17,045 nt of DNA from a virus (lineage: Duplodnaviria; Heunggongvirae; Uroviricota; Caudoviricetes). Where the stretch lies: the IMG/VR virus record IMGVR_UViG_2654588181_000007, one strand, 5' to 3'. Position 1 is the first letter of the stretch, and the number at the start of each line of letters is the position of its first letter. Both the position numbers and the translations under genes were made by a program. This document shows positions 1 through 8,862 of this stretch, one piece after another. The notes beneath the pieces were generated by a model. It had not been told where the DNA came from and searched no databases. It saw only the letters and a program-made list of their open reading frames with translations.

Positions 1-750
1 TCAGTCAATTGTTTTGTTTATTCCATCTGTGACGCCGATTATTTTCTCAAAATAATGAGATGGCGTGACACCATAATAATCTTTAAATGCACATATGAAA
101 TATGAAGTACTGTTATAGCCACATTTCTGGGCTACGACATTGATAGAATAAGAGTTTGAAGTTATGAGTTTTTTTGCATACCTCATCCTAGTATCTCTCA
201 ATATTTCAGTAAATGACGTTCCTTCATCCCTTAATCTTTTTTTTATTAAACTTTCACTCGTATAAATCAATTCCGCAATATCTTTTAAATGCCATTGCCG
301 CTCAATATTAAAACTGATTATTCCAGTAATTTTACAGGTAAATGTATTTATATTTGTTAGTATAAAAGAATTTACACTTTCGCGTTTTTTGAACATGGCA
401 AGTAAGGATATACATAGTCTTTCTTTTAACCAAAGGGAGTGTGAGTCTGCTATTTTAATCCCTTCAAACAGAGAAAAAACAAGCGATAATGGAGGTTCCT
501 CTTCAGCAATATAGCCATTCTTATCAAGAGTAAATTTGCCAGGCAGCTCATTATTCACGTCGATAAAAAAGGATAAACAAGTTTTCTTATCTATATCAAC
601 AATTCTTAGTTTAGAGGGGCATACTGGTAACTCCCTTCTAATTTTGTCGCTTACAATAAACAATGAATTTTTTTTGAACGAGATAACTCTCCTGTTTATA
701 ATTAAATCAAATGATTGACAGATGAAAACTACGGAGCAAACATAATCCAT
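1..750 (-). CDS. appY: AraC-family transcriptional activator AppY (249 aa, complete)
   Basis: Full-length ORF, ATG at 748-750 and TGA at 1-3. C-terminal AraC-type helix-turn-helix. The translation matches my memory of E. coli AppY; AT-rich upstream region 751-1290. Confidence 0.9.
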
Positions 751-1293
751 CTTGCACCTATCATAAAATTAAAACAAGTTGATAGCAGTCAAATAACAAC
801 CAATTAAATACACAATCATAATCAGGATGATGTGCATTTATATTTTTATACACAAAATTATAGTTTGCAAATTTTAATAAATTTCATTTAAGATTAAATT
901 ATTATATGTATATTGTTTTTTATTCTAACGTATTTCAAAGTTACATTTTTCAACGCTTACTATACTTTTTATTAACATAAACTCACTACAACGCACCTGA
1001 AACCTCTTGCTATATATATGTCAACCGTTTGAATTTAAAATAAAAAGAGTATCATTTTTACTTGCATTTCTTATCAAGTCACATTCAACAACAGTAAAAA
1101 AACATTATTAGAACCATTCAATTAACAAAAAAACCAACATCCAGCTTGCTTAATTTTTCTTTATTAAACGATATTGAAAATCAATTGATAAAATACATCT
1201 AAACAACCTTTTGGGGCGCAAAAGCATAACATCAAACAAATAACACACCGAAAAAACTCACAATTAATAACCTATGATATACATACTGTTTAT

Positions 1294-1553
1294 TATGGTT
1301 GAATAAGCCACTCGATATCTGGTGCTACGGAAGTGTCCACACGGTTTAGCAGCACCCGATACTTTTTTCAGGCTTCCAGCAACGATCTTTCTTCCTCCGT
1401 TGCGATTTCCAGATCTACAGCATCCTGCAGTGGCGCAATATACTCACTGAATTCCTGGATGTAGAACTGTGTGGTGACGGTCTTCCAGCTATTCGGCTCC
1501 TGCTGTATTGAAGCATACCAGGCTATTTCAATATCGCTATGCTGCGGCAGCAT
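1294..1553 (-). pseudogene. tfaX: Tail-fibre assembly gene remnant: C-terminal fragment with an in-frame stop, homologous to the 3' third of tfaD
   Basis: The 61-aa ORF 1368-1553 ends ...[22 protein letters not shown], matching the TfaD C-terminal region. Past the stop the same frame still reads [17 protein letters not shown], so the W codon appears mutated to TGA. DNA at 1340-1449 is about 90% identical to 4111-4220. Confidence 0.75.
1340..1449. repeat. Direct repeat copy A (~110 bp, about 90% identical to 4111-4220): conserved 3' end of a tail-fibre assembly gene
   Basis: By-eye alignment: CACGGTTTAGCAGCACCCGATACTTTTTTCAGGCTTCCAGCAACGATCTTTCTTCCTCCGTTGCGATTTCCAGATCT... against 4111-4220. 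Confidence 0.7.
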
Positions 1554-1609
1554 TTAACCCCTTGTAATTCATTGCCATAATTGATTTAATTCACAAATAA
1601 AACTATAAC

Positions 1610-2278
1610 ATGGTGAAATTAATGAAAAAAAACACAGATGATGGGGCTAAAATTTACACACCACTTACCCTAAAGCTTTATGACTGGTGGGTTTTGGGAG
1701 TATCAAATCGGCTTGCATGGGGATGTCCTACAAAGGAACACCTTCTTCCACACTTTCTGGAACATTTAGGTAACAACCATCTGGATATTGGTGTTGGAAC
1801 TGGGTTTTACCTTACTCACGTACCTGAGAGTAGTCTGATATCTTTAATGGATTTGAACGAAGCTAGCCTGAACGCGGCATCTACAAGGGCTGGGGAATCA
1901 AAAATTAAACATAAAATTAACCATGATGTTTTTGAACCTTATCCCGCGGCGTTACATGGTCAATTTGATTCCATTTCCATGTTTTACCTTCTTCACTGCC
2001 TGCCTGGAAATATATCTACAAAAAGCTGTGTAATACGCAATGCGGCGCAGGCCTTAACTGACGATGGAACTCTATACGGAGCCACAATTCTTGGCGATGG
2101 AGTTGTGCACAATAGCTTCGGTCAAAAACTGATGCGCATTTACAATCAGAAAGGCATCTTTTCAAACACAAAAGATTCCGAAGAAGGCTTAACACATATA
2201 CTCTCAGAGCATTTCGAGAATGTTAAAACCAAGGTTCAAGGTACTGTAGTAATGTTTTCCGCTTCAGGGAAAAAATAG
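1610..2278 (+). CDS. ybcY: Class I SAM-dependent methyltransferase (222 aa); small-molecule/RNA/protein type rather than DNA MTase
   Basis: SAM-binding motif I LDIGVGTG, post-I acidic residue (LMDLNE) and motif II (FDSISMFYLL). No DPPY/NPPY or C5-MTase motifs. Position between tfaX and tfaD matches K-12 ybcY from memory. Alternative start at 1622 (MKKNTDD). Confidence 0.8.
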   Translation: MVKLMKKNTDDGAKIYTPLTLKLYDWWVLGVSNRLAWGCPTKEHLLPHFLEHLGNNHLDIGVGTGFYLTHVPESSLISLMDLNEASLNAASTRAGESKIKHKINHDVFEPYPAALHGQFDSISMFYLLHCLPGNISTKSCVIRNAAQALTDDGTLYGATILGDGVVHNSFGQKLMRIYNQKGIFSNTKDSEEGLTHILSEHFENVKTKVQGTVVMFSASGKK

Positions 2279-2643
2279 CATCCAACCGCAGCACGTTCTT
2301 GCATAAGGCGTGTCTGCGGTTTTTCAACTATTCAGATACATCACTCCCATCACATTCATTCCTCCGCATCATAGGCATATAGGCTATATCACCTTGATAT
2401 TTTTCTTCTTCAGATAAAAACTGTTATCTATGTATACTTTTAAACCCAATCCGTGTAGAGTCTCTGCATAAGATAGTTTGCAGTTGCCACTTCAGCTTGC
2501 GCCATAAACCGCCTGATTTTTGCTGCCACCTGTTAGCATTCCTGTATACCTGAAACGACAATGTTTATCTACGAACTTTAAGAACCCCCAGGATAAAAAT
2601 TGTCAACTATATCATATATAACACATTACTAATTCGAGGCTAT

Positions 2644-2757
2644 ATGAACAGCATACTGATAATCACTTCGCTCCTTATCATATTCAGCATTTTTAGTCAT
2701 GCGCTAATAAAATTAGGGATTGGCATATCCAATAACCCAGACAAAACCGATGTATAA
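2644..2757 (+). CDS. Hypothetical 37-aa hydrophobic peptide ([37 protein letters not shown]); below the ORF-track size cutoff
   Basis: ATG at 2644 with GAGG 4 nt upstream. The N-terminal ~25 residues form one predicted transmembrane helix followed by a polar tail. Lies in the 514-bp gap between ybcY and the next ORF. Confidence 0.3.
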
Positions 2758-2792
2758 GTCAACATATCCTGAATCAGACATACAATATCGCA

Positions 2793-3059
2793 ATGAAAAT
2801 CAATAATATTTTAAGGAATATCTTCATGAAATCAAAAGACACCCTAAAGTGGTTCCCTGCGCAGCTTCCTGAAGTAAGAATTATCCTAGGGGATGCTGTA
2901 GTGGAAGTAGCAAAACAGGGAAGACCTATCAATACCAGAACATTGCTTGATTACATTGAAGGAAACATAAAGAAAAAATCATGGCTGGATAACAAAGAAT
3001 TATTACAAACAGCGATATCAGTTCTTAAAGACAACCAAAATTTAAATGGTAAAATGTAA
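2793..3059 (+). CDS. Hypothetical protein (88 aa; more likely 77 aa from the ATG at 2826, which has AAGGA upstream), function unknown
   Basis: Clean ORF in an AT-rich stretch immediately upstream of the serine recombinase, same strand. No motif I can recognise. Confidence 0.45.
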   Translation: MKINNILRNIFMKSKDTLKWFPAQLPEVRIILGDAVVEVAKQGRPINTRTLLDYIEGNIKKKSWLDNKELLQTAISVLKDNQNLNGKM

Positions 3060-3375
3060 TATAATAAACTTACTTTTTTATCATTTTTCCACTTTAACAA
3101 CATTTTGCTCCACTTTTCCACGACCAAACAACTTGAAATCTGGTTAAAATAACACGCAACACTATTCTTCTTCCTTGAGTCCGCCCGGAACTCGAAAAAC
3201 AAACCGAGTTAAAGCCATTTTTCACAAAATCGATTTTGGGTCTCACCAAAATTACGGGGTTGCATACGCATTCGTTTATTTTCGAACGTGTACATACAAA
3301 TATGCACAAAAATAATCATAATTATTTTCTGAGATGCATTATGATATGAACACCAATTTCGTATAGAGTCTCACT

Positions 3376-3966
3376 ATGTCTCAAATTTTTGCTTACTGTC
3401 GGATATCAACGCTGGATCAGACCACCGAAAATCAACGCCGGGAAATCGAAAGTGCAGGTTTTAAAATCAAACCTCAGCAAATAATCGAAGAACACATTAG
3501 CGGCTCAGCAGCAACCAGTGAGCGTCCTGGTTTTAACCGGTTGCTTGCTCGCCTGAAATGTGGTGATCAATTGATTGTGACAAAACTGGATCGCCTTGGT
3601 TGTAATGCAATGGATATCAGGAAAACAGTGGAACAACTGACCGAAACAGGTATCAGAGTGCATTGCTTAGCATTGGGGGGCATTGACCTGACCAGTCCAA
3701 CAGGAAAAATGATGATGCAAGTAATTTCAGCAGTCGCTGAATTTGAACGAGACCTTTTACTTGAACGCACTCATTCCGAGATAGTAAGAGCCCGCGGCGC
3801 AGGGAAACGTTTTGGTCGACCACCTGTGTTAAATGAAGAACAGAAACAGGCGGTATTCGAACGAATTAAGTCAGGTGTAAGTATAAGTGCCATTGCCCGG
3901 GAATTCAAAACCTCGCGGCAAACCATTTTAAGAGCCAAAGCAAAACTTCAGACACCTGACATATAA
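3376..3966 (+). CDS. Small serine recombinase (resolvase/invertase family; Pin/Gin/Hin-like architecture, 196 aa)
   Basis: N-terminal catalytic motif YCRISTLDQ (nucleophile Ser in the R-x-S-T-x-x-Q context), conserved LDRLGCN block, C-terminal helix-turn-helix ([19 protein letters not shown]). Only moderately similar to Gin/Pin sequences as I recall them. Confidence 0.85.
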   Translation: MSQIFAYCRISTLDQTTENQRREIESAGFKIKPQQIIEEHISGSAATSERPGFNRLLARLKCGDQLIVTKLDRLGCNAMDIRKTVEQLTETGIRVHCLALGGIDLTSPTGKMMMQVISAVAEFERDLLLERTHSEIVRARGAGKRFGRPPVLNEEQKQAVFERIKSGVSISAIAREFKTSRQTILRAKAKLQTPDI

Positions 3967-4063
3967 AAAATAATCTCGGTGTGAGATGCTTTACGTCTTC
4001 CAAGCCCCCTTCCTTGCCGTAAATGGAAAGATACATCTAATTATAGAATTTATATGTTTTACC

Positions 4064-4639
4064 CTACGGCAGTGCTGGCCATTCAATATCCTGTGCAGTT
4101 GACGTATCAACACGGTTCAGCAATACCCGATACTTTTTCCATGCTTCCAGCAACGAGATTTCTTCCTCCGTTGCAATTTCCAGATCTGCAGCATCCTGAA
4201 GCGGCGCAATATGCTCACTGGCTACCTGCATCAGGTTGTTTTTTGTTTCTTCCGCCTCCCGGATCCGGAACAGTTTTTCTGCTTCCGTATCCTTCACCCA
4301 GGCTGTGCCGTTCCACTTCTGAAACTCCCCTTCCGGCGATAACCAGGTAACATTTTTCGGTAACGGACCGAGTTCAGAAATAAATAACGCGTCGCCGGAA
4401 GCCACGTCATAAACCGTTTTACCCCGATGATCTTCAACGAGATGCCACGATGCCTCATCACTGTTGAAAACAGCCACAAAGCCAGCAGGAATATCTGGTG
4501 GTGCAATATCGGTACTGTTTGCTGGCAGACCTGTATGAGGCGGAATATATGCGTCACCTTCACCAATAAATTCATTAGTTCCGGCCAGCAGATTATAAAT
4601 TTTTATGGTCCGTGGTTGTTCACTCATTCTGAATGCCAT
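4064..4639 (-). CDS. tfaD: Tail-fibre assembly protein (Tfa family, 191 aa)
   Basis: Tfa-like sequence with the conserved C-terminal [16 protein letters not shown]...[12 protein letters not shown] block. Its ATG overlaps the stop of the upstream tail-fibre tip ORF (TAATG coupling). Confidence 0.85.
   Translation of the reverse strand: MAFRMSEQPRTIKIYNLLAGTNEFIGEGDAYIPPHTGLPANSTDIAPPDIPAGFVAVFNSDEASWHLVEDHRGKTVYDVASGDALFISELGPLPKNVTWLSPEGEFQKWNGTAWVKDTEAEKLFRIREAEETKNNLMQVASEHIAPLQDAADLEIATEEEISLLEAWKKYRVLLNRVDTSTAQDIEWPALP
4111..4220. repeat. Direct repeat copy B (partner of 1340-1449), inside the tfaD 3' region
   Basis: Same alignment; same orientation as copy A, 2.77 kb apart, bracketing ybcY, the two small ORFs and the serine recombinase. 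Confidence 0.7.
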
Positions 4640-4914
4640 TATGCAAGCCTCACAATATAGTTAAATGCGATGTTTTTGACGGTGTTTTCCGCGTTACCAG
4701 CAGCGTTAACGGTGATGGTGTGTCCATGTGAACCAATCGCAACGGAGTGCGTATGAGCACCAATACCGACAGTATGCGCGTGTGCACCTGCAGATGCTGC
4801 TGTGCCGGACAGTGAATGGCTATGATTACCATCTGTACTGGTATTCGCTAACCACCCCGTAGACATACCTACTGAGCCTTGTACACCCGTTGTTAACTTA
4901 TCCATGGATTTCAT
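4639..4914 (-). CDS. Side-tail-fibre C-terminal tip remnant (His-rich HxH repeats); 91 aa from an internal ATG at 4914
   Basis: Repeats [24 protein letters not shown] resemble receptor-binding-tip His motifs. The ORF-track start at 4959 is TTG and the in-frame upstream sequence is not tail-fibre-like. The ATG at 4914 has GAGGTG 7 nt upstream. Confidence 0.6.
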   Translation of the reverse strand: MKSMDKLTTGVQGSVGMSTGWLANTSTDGNHSHSLSGTAASAGAHAHTVGIGAHTHSVAIGSHGHTITVNAAGNAENTVKNIAFNYIVRLA

Positions 4915-5039
4915 AACCCCACCTCGCAGACAAAGCGGGTGTAAATTGAGGGAATACAACGTATCGCAAAAAAGCAGAAACGTAACAGACTCGGAGTCAG
5001 TGAATAACTCAGGTATTGGGTTATCAGCTAATATCGAGA

Positions 5040-5076
5040 CTCAAAAAATGGAAAAACCCGCTCGACGGCGGGTTTA
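5040..5076 (-). terminator. Candidate rho-independent terminator on the minus strand (stem AAACCCGC / GCGGGTTT, then a T-run on the minus strand)
   Basis: Read directly: 8-bp perfect stem at 5054-5061 / 5068-5075; the minus strand continues TTCCATTTTTTGA. Confidence 0.45.
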
Positions 5077-5503
5077 AGCTGTGTGACGAAGTAACCACTC
5101 TTAACAGCATAACCAATTTTTTACGTACGTAAACCACAAAATGATATTTGCGAGAATGCTACCGAGTATTGAAAACACCACTACAAATACATAAGCAAAT
5201 CTCAACAAATAACCAACAAATAATTTCCAGTGTTATTTTTAGCCGATTTAAATTGAACCTTCAAATTACAGAGCACTTATAAATAACAGCCGTTAATATA
5301 AATTGGCTAATAGATTTATTTTTATTCAGCCAAGATCCATGAATAGGATTCGATAGAAAAAAGTTCAGATAAAAATAGAGATCTACTTCACAAATCAAAC
5401 GAGAAACCAAAACTTACATCTTGAAATAATCACATTGATTAGATGAATATTTATCGCGCAGTGACATCATTTTTTAATAATAGTTCAAAAAAAAGGGCTC
5501 ACG

Positions 5504-6586
5504 ATGAAAAAATTAACAGTGGCAATTTCTGCTGTAGCTGCATCAGTACTGATGGCGATGTCTGCTCAGGCAGCTGAAATTTATAATAAAGACAGTAACA
5601 AGCTGGATCTATATGGGAAAGTTAATGCCAAGCACTACTTCTCCTCTAATGATGCAGATGATGGTGATACTACTTATGCCCGTCTTGGCTTCAAAGGTGA
5701 AACCCAAATCAACGATCAACTGACTGGTTTCGGTCAGTGGGAATATGAATTCAAAGGCAACCGCGCTGAATCTCAAGGCTCCTCCAAAGACAAAACCCGT
5801 CTTGCATTTGCAGGCCTGAAATTCGGGGACTACGGCTCAATCGATTACGGCCGTAACTACGGTGTAGCATATGACATCGGTGCGTGGACTGACGTTCTGC
5901 CAGAATTCGGTGGCGATACCTGGACCCAAACAGATGTGTTCATGACTGGTCGCACCACTGGTGTTGCAACTTATCGTAACAACGACTTCTTTGGTCTGGT
6001 TGATGGTCTGAACTTTGCTGCTCAGTATCAGGGTAAAAATGACCGCACTGACGTAACTGAAGCTAATGGTGATGGTTTCGGTTTCTCCACTACTTATGAG
6101 TATGAAGGATTCGGTGTAGGTGCAACCTATGCTAAATCTGACCGCACTAATAATCAGGTTATCTACGGTAACAACAGCCTGAATGCATCTGGTCAAAATG
6201 CTGAAGTATGGGCAGCTGGTCTGAAATATGATGCGAACAACATCTATCTGGCTACCACCTATTCTGAAACCCAGAACATGACTGTTTTTGGTAATAACCA
6301 TATTGCCAACAAAGCACAAAACTTCGAAGTAGTTGCACAATATCAGTTCGACTTCGGTCTGCGTCCGTCCGTTGCTTACCTGCAATCTAAAGGAAAAGAC
6401 TTGGGTGCGTGGGGTGATCAGGACCTGGTTGAATATATTGATGTAGGTGCAACCTATTACTTCAACAAAAATATGTCCACTTTTGTTGATTACAAAATCA
6501 ACCTGATTGATAAGAGCGATTTCACGAAAGCATCTGGCGTTGCTACCGATGATATCGTTGCTGTAGGTATGGTTTACCAGTTCTAA
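5504..6586 (+). CDS. nmpC: Outer-membrane general porin, OmpC/OmpF/PhoE family (prophage NmpC/OmpD-like), 360 aa, apparently intact
   Basis: Signal peptide [23 protein letters not shown] followed by AEIYNKD; typical porin N-terminus, beta-barrel repeats and C-terminal ...VYQF. Uninterrupted ORF. Confidence 0.9.
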   Translation: MKKLTVAISAVAASVLMAMSAQAAEIYNKDSNKLDLYGKVNAKHYFSSNDADDGDTTYARLGFKGETQINDQLTGFGQWEYEFKGNRAESQGSSKDKTRLAFAGLKFGDYGSIDYGRNYGVAYDIGAWTDVLPEFGGDTWTQTDVFMTGRTTGVATYRNNDFFGLVDGLNFAAQYQGKNDRTDVTEANGDGFGFSTTYEYEGFGVGATYAKSDRTNNQVIYGNNSLNASGQNAEVWAAGLKYDANNIYLATTYSETQNMTVFGNNHIANKAQNFEVVAQYQFDFGLRPSVAYLQSKGKDLGAWGDQDLVEYIDVGATYYFNKNMSTFVDYKINLIDKSDFTKASGVATDDIVAVGMVYQF

Positions 6587-6601
6587 TTTGATTACTAAAA
6601 G

Positions 6602-6635
6602 ATATGTTGCGGGAGGCTTTGCCTCCCCAACATAT
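6602..6635 (-). terminator. Long imperfect hairpin 16 nt past the porin stop; on the minus strand it is followed by CTTTT (possible tR'-like terminator or RNA-stability element)
   Basis: Stem ATATGTTG-(C)-GGGAGGC / GCCTCCC-CAACATAT with a TTT loop, read directly. Confidence 0.35.
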
Positions 6636-6722
6636 AAGTGGCTCCCTCAAGCCACTTCCTTTAGGAGCACAACCTTGCTTCTAACTATATAAACCTTCTG
6701 TTATATATTACCCTTTATTTTT

Positions 6723-6748
6723 GGGGGCGTTGCAACGCCCCATTTTTA
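6723..6748 (+). terminator. Rho-independent terminator candidate (18-nt GC-rich palindrome GGGGCGTTGCAACGCCCC followed by ATTTTT) downstream of the porin
   Basis: Perfect palindrome at 6724-6741 followed by a T-tract at 6743-6747 on the plus strand. Confidence 0.55.
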
Positions 6749-6774
6749 ATAATTTTTAGTAAACAATTGGCATA

Positions 6775-7158
6775 TTAATTAGAGTTATTAACAACGATAT
6801 CCATCTCTAACCGGATATCTAATGCCATTAACATCCCTTCAATTATGCCCTCAGCCTTCTGTAACCTTTTCCCGATATAACCATCAGAGCAGCAATGCTT
6901 ACCTGCCAGTGACATGAATGTCATACCGACTACATAATAATCTACTAATAAATCGTGCAAATCGCTGTTGTTCTTTTTCAGACGGGCCATGCACCCGCAA
7001 ATAATCATCGCGTCATCGTCACAACATTGCGGGCGAGATTTTACTTTTGAAGTAATTAATCCCTTAAAACCGGCGGCAATGGACGACCAGGTCACATCTT
7101 CATGATTATTAGCCGCCCACGCTCCCCAACGCTCAAGAACCATCTGAATATCACGCAT
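6775..7158 (-). CDS. quuD: Lambdoid late-gene antiterminator Q homologue (127 aa from ATG at 7156-7158)
   Basis: Translation from [24 protein letters not shown] matches my memory of K-12 QuuD/YbcQ; Cys-rich zinc-binding region ([12 protein letters not shown]). The ORF-track start at 7173 is TTG. Confidence 0.85.
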   Translation of the reverse strand: MRDIQMVLERWGAWAANNHEDVTWSSIAAGFKGLITSKVKSRPQCCDDDAMIICGCMARLKKNNSDLHDLLVDYYVVGMTFMSLAGKHCCSDGYIGKRLQKAEGIIEGMLMALDIRLEMDIVVNNSN

Positions 7159-7243
7159 CAACTTACTCCACAAAAATCAGACCAGAACGCCAATTACAAG
7201 CAAAAATCAACAAAACAGTATTAGTTGATTGTTATCTCTGACT

Positions 7244-7384
7244 TCATACTCCTGCTCCTGTCAGGGTTTTGGCGTAATTCTTCAGTATTCGGTAATCGGT
7301 CAAAACAGAACCGGGGAAACGATATAAGCGCAGATGCCCCCAGCGGTGGCGAAGAAGTTCTGCCATATAAAACTCAAACATCAT
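7244..7384 (-). CDS. ylcG: Small nin-region protein YlcG-like (46 aa: [46 protein letters not shown])
   Basis: Found by manual translation between rusA and quuD. Its ATG overlaps the rusA stop (ATGA), typical nin-region coupling. Confidence 0.55.
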   Translation of the reverse strand: MMFEFYMAELLRHRWGHLRLYRFPGSVLTDYRILKNYAKTLTGAGV

Positions 7385-7743
7385 TCATTCCCCATTTCGG
7401 TGATGGTCAGTTCCAGCCTCCCACCTTTGGTAACAGGCATCTTCACAACGCGGTAATCAACGACCTGAGCATCATCCAGCCAGAAACCTGCTTTGGTGAG
7501 TGCGTCAAAAGCGGCTTTTTGCAGATTATCCAGGTCACGGCGACGGCGATCCGGCATGTGGCACTCAATGCGGATTTTCACAGGCATAGCCAGGCCGATA
7601 TCCAGCATTGCGTTTTTAATGATTCGGGCGACGTTATCGCGGTATGCCTGCCCCTCTGCACTGACGTGCGTGCGCCCGCGATTATGGCGGTAATAGCGAT
7701 TATTGCTCGGAGGCCAGGGTAATGTGATACTGTAGGTATTCAC
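7381..7743 (-). CDS. rusA: Holliday-junction resolvase RusA (120 aa)
   Basis: Translation [18 protein letters not shown]... with the catalytic acidic cluster (DRRRRDLDN); matches RusA as I know it. Confidence 0.95.
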   Translation of the reverse strand: MNTYSITLPWPPSNNRYYRHNRGRTHVSAEGQAYRDNVARIIKNAMLDIGLAMPVKIRIECHMPDRRRRDLDNLQKAAFDALTKAGFWLDDAQVVDYRVVKMPVTKGGRLELTITEMGNE

Positions 7744-7793
7744 GCCTTAATAACCCCCTCTTTCAGCCAGATAACCTGTGTTCTCGCCATACC

Positions 7794-8030
7794 TTACAGC
7801 GCGCATTCTTTTGCATATGCAGCATCGACAAAATGTGTGCGGCGGTCGATTTCGTCGTGGCAGGCAGAACATGCAATGGTGGCAATCAGGTCTGGCGGTT
7901 TGATACCGGTACCGCACAATCCAGCCAGCCGGATATGTGCCAGTACAGACGTTTCAGAATTGCCATTACATACGCCAGGGATTCTTACCTGGCATTCCCG
8001 ACCACGCGCTGCTTTTCTCAAATCAGCCAT
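7794..8030 (-). CDS. ybcO: nin-region Cys-rich protein YbcO-like (DUF1364-type putative nuclease); likely start is the ATG at 8028-8030
   Basis: Cys-rich (CQVRIPGVCNG...CSACHDEID). The ORF-track start at 8069 is TTG; the ATG at 8030 has AAGGAGG 6 nt upstream and overlaps the ninE stop. Confidence 0.7.
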   Translation of the reverse strand: MADLRKAARGRECQVRIPGVCNGNSETSVLAHIRLAGLCGTGIKPPDLIATIACSACHDEIDRRTHFVDAAYAKECAL

Positions 8031-8193
8031 GATTCCTCCTTGCTGCCAGTCGCAACCATTTTTTATCAACCAGGCTAGCGGTATATCCGAGCAGTGTTGG
8101 TATTTCGGATGGCTTCAGCTCAGGCTTACGCTTACGACGATTTGATACTCTGTAGATGTGTCCGTTCATGACACGGATAAGCGGTGTAGCCAT
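8023..8193 (-). CDS. ninE: NinE-family small basic protein (56 aa)
   Basis: Manual translation [32 protein letters not shown]...WLRLAARRNHG; basic composition and pattern resemble lambda NinE. Start overlaps the ybcN stop (TAATG). Confidence 0.6.
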   Translation of the reverse strand: MATPLIRVMNGHIYRVSNRRKRKPELKPSEIPTLLGYTASLVDKKWLRLAARRNHG

Positions 8194-8648
8194 TACGCCT
8201 CCTGCTTGTCGCGGAGCAGCTGGAACTCGCAGCTCTGCGGAATAGTCAGGTGGCAGCCAATATTCACCGCCCAGGCTTCAACCTTACACAGGAAGACATA
8301 CATCTCTCCGGTATCAAGATCGGAGGTATGGCGTAACGACTGGATAGTGGTGATATCACCGGTTACGACATCAACCAGGTCTTTGGTTTCATAACCGAGA
8401 TATGTGTGTTTGAGAGCATCTTTTACCCAAGCTGGAGTGGCGAACGTTTTACCCCTGCTGATGAGGTATTCACTGATTTCGCTGTACCACATGTGGCTGA
8501 GTGCATTCTGGGAAAGACTGCGTTTCTCACGCCACGGTTTAAGCACCATGCGAAAGCATTTGCCCTCCTCCAGATAAGGCTGGATCTGCCGACCGATAGC
8601 GGTGAAGTTGCCGCGATGTAATTTGATGCCGTCTTGTGAGAGGTTCAC
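8193..8648 (-). CDS. ybcN: NinB/Orf-family recombination-associated protein (151 aa), GTG start
   Basis: Position in the nin region and similarity to lambda NinB (RSLSQN motif). GTG start overlaps the ylcH stop. Confidence 0.75.
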
Positions 8649-8746
8649 GCTTCACCTCCGCAGAGGTCAAACGCTAGATGCAAAGAATTGCAGGTGCATT
8701 TCTGCATCTGTGAAGGGAGAAGAGAGTTTGGATTGTATGTGCGCAT
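8645..8746 (-). CDS. ylcH: Small nin-region ORF (33 aa: [33 protein letters not shown])
   Basis: Manual translation; stop overlaps the ybcN GTG start (GTGA). Matches the K-12 ylcH position from memory. Confidence 0.45.
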
Positions 8747-8862
8747 AAACGTCCCCGTTTAGCGCAGAAGTCACCGGAGTTGTTCAGGCTCCGGTGACAT
8801 AATTATGCCGTGTTGATTTCCCAAAATCAAAATCGATAGAATTGCTCCTTCTTAAAACACTT

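Noticed and set aside
536-718. 60-aa plus-strand ORF
   Set aside because: Antisense within appY.
2225-2236. AAAACCAAGGTT motif resembling the core of hix/gix-type invertase crossover sites, inside the 3' end of ybcY
   Set aside because: The flanking half-sites do not match the 12-bp arms of Din-family sites, and I found no second copy anywhere in the window, so it is probably coincidental.
3225-3238. 14-bp perfect palindrome CAAAATCGATTTTG upstream of the serine recombinase gene
   Set aside because: It does not match known invertase or resolvase site consensus and has no partner; a related AAAATCGAT string near 8830 is most likely low-complexity AT-rich sequence.
2951-3309. Minus-strand ORFs of 83 and 71 aa
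   Set aside because: AT-rich region; Cys/Phe-rich nonsense; they overlap the better-supported plus-strand ORF and the recombinase upstream region.
4054-4660. ORFs of 98 aa (plus), 93 aa (minus, alternate frame) and 77 aa (plus) overlapping tfaD
   Set aside because: The tfaD frame is the one with Tfa homology and translational coupling; the others are frame shadows.
5837-6385. 182-aa ORF on the minus strand
   Set aside because: Lies entirely antisense within the well-supported porin gene, with no RBS or recognisable protein features; a shadow ORF.
7225-7722. 165-aa plus-strand ORF and a nested 66-aa ORF (7493-7693)
   Set aside because: Antisense to rusA and ylcG, which have clear homology; Arg/Ser-rich nonsense composition.
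7833-8145. Two overlapping plus-strand ORFs of 81 and 102 aa
   Set aside because: Antisense to ybcO and ninE; no start context or motifs.
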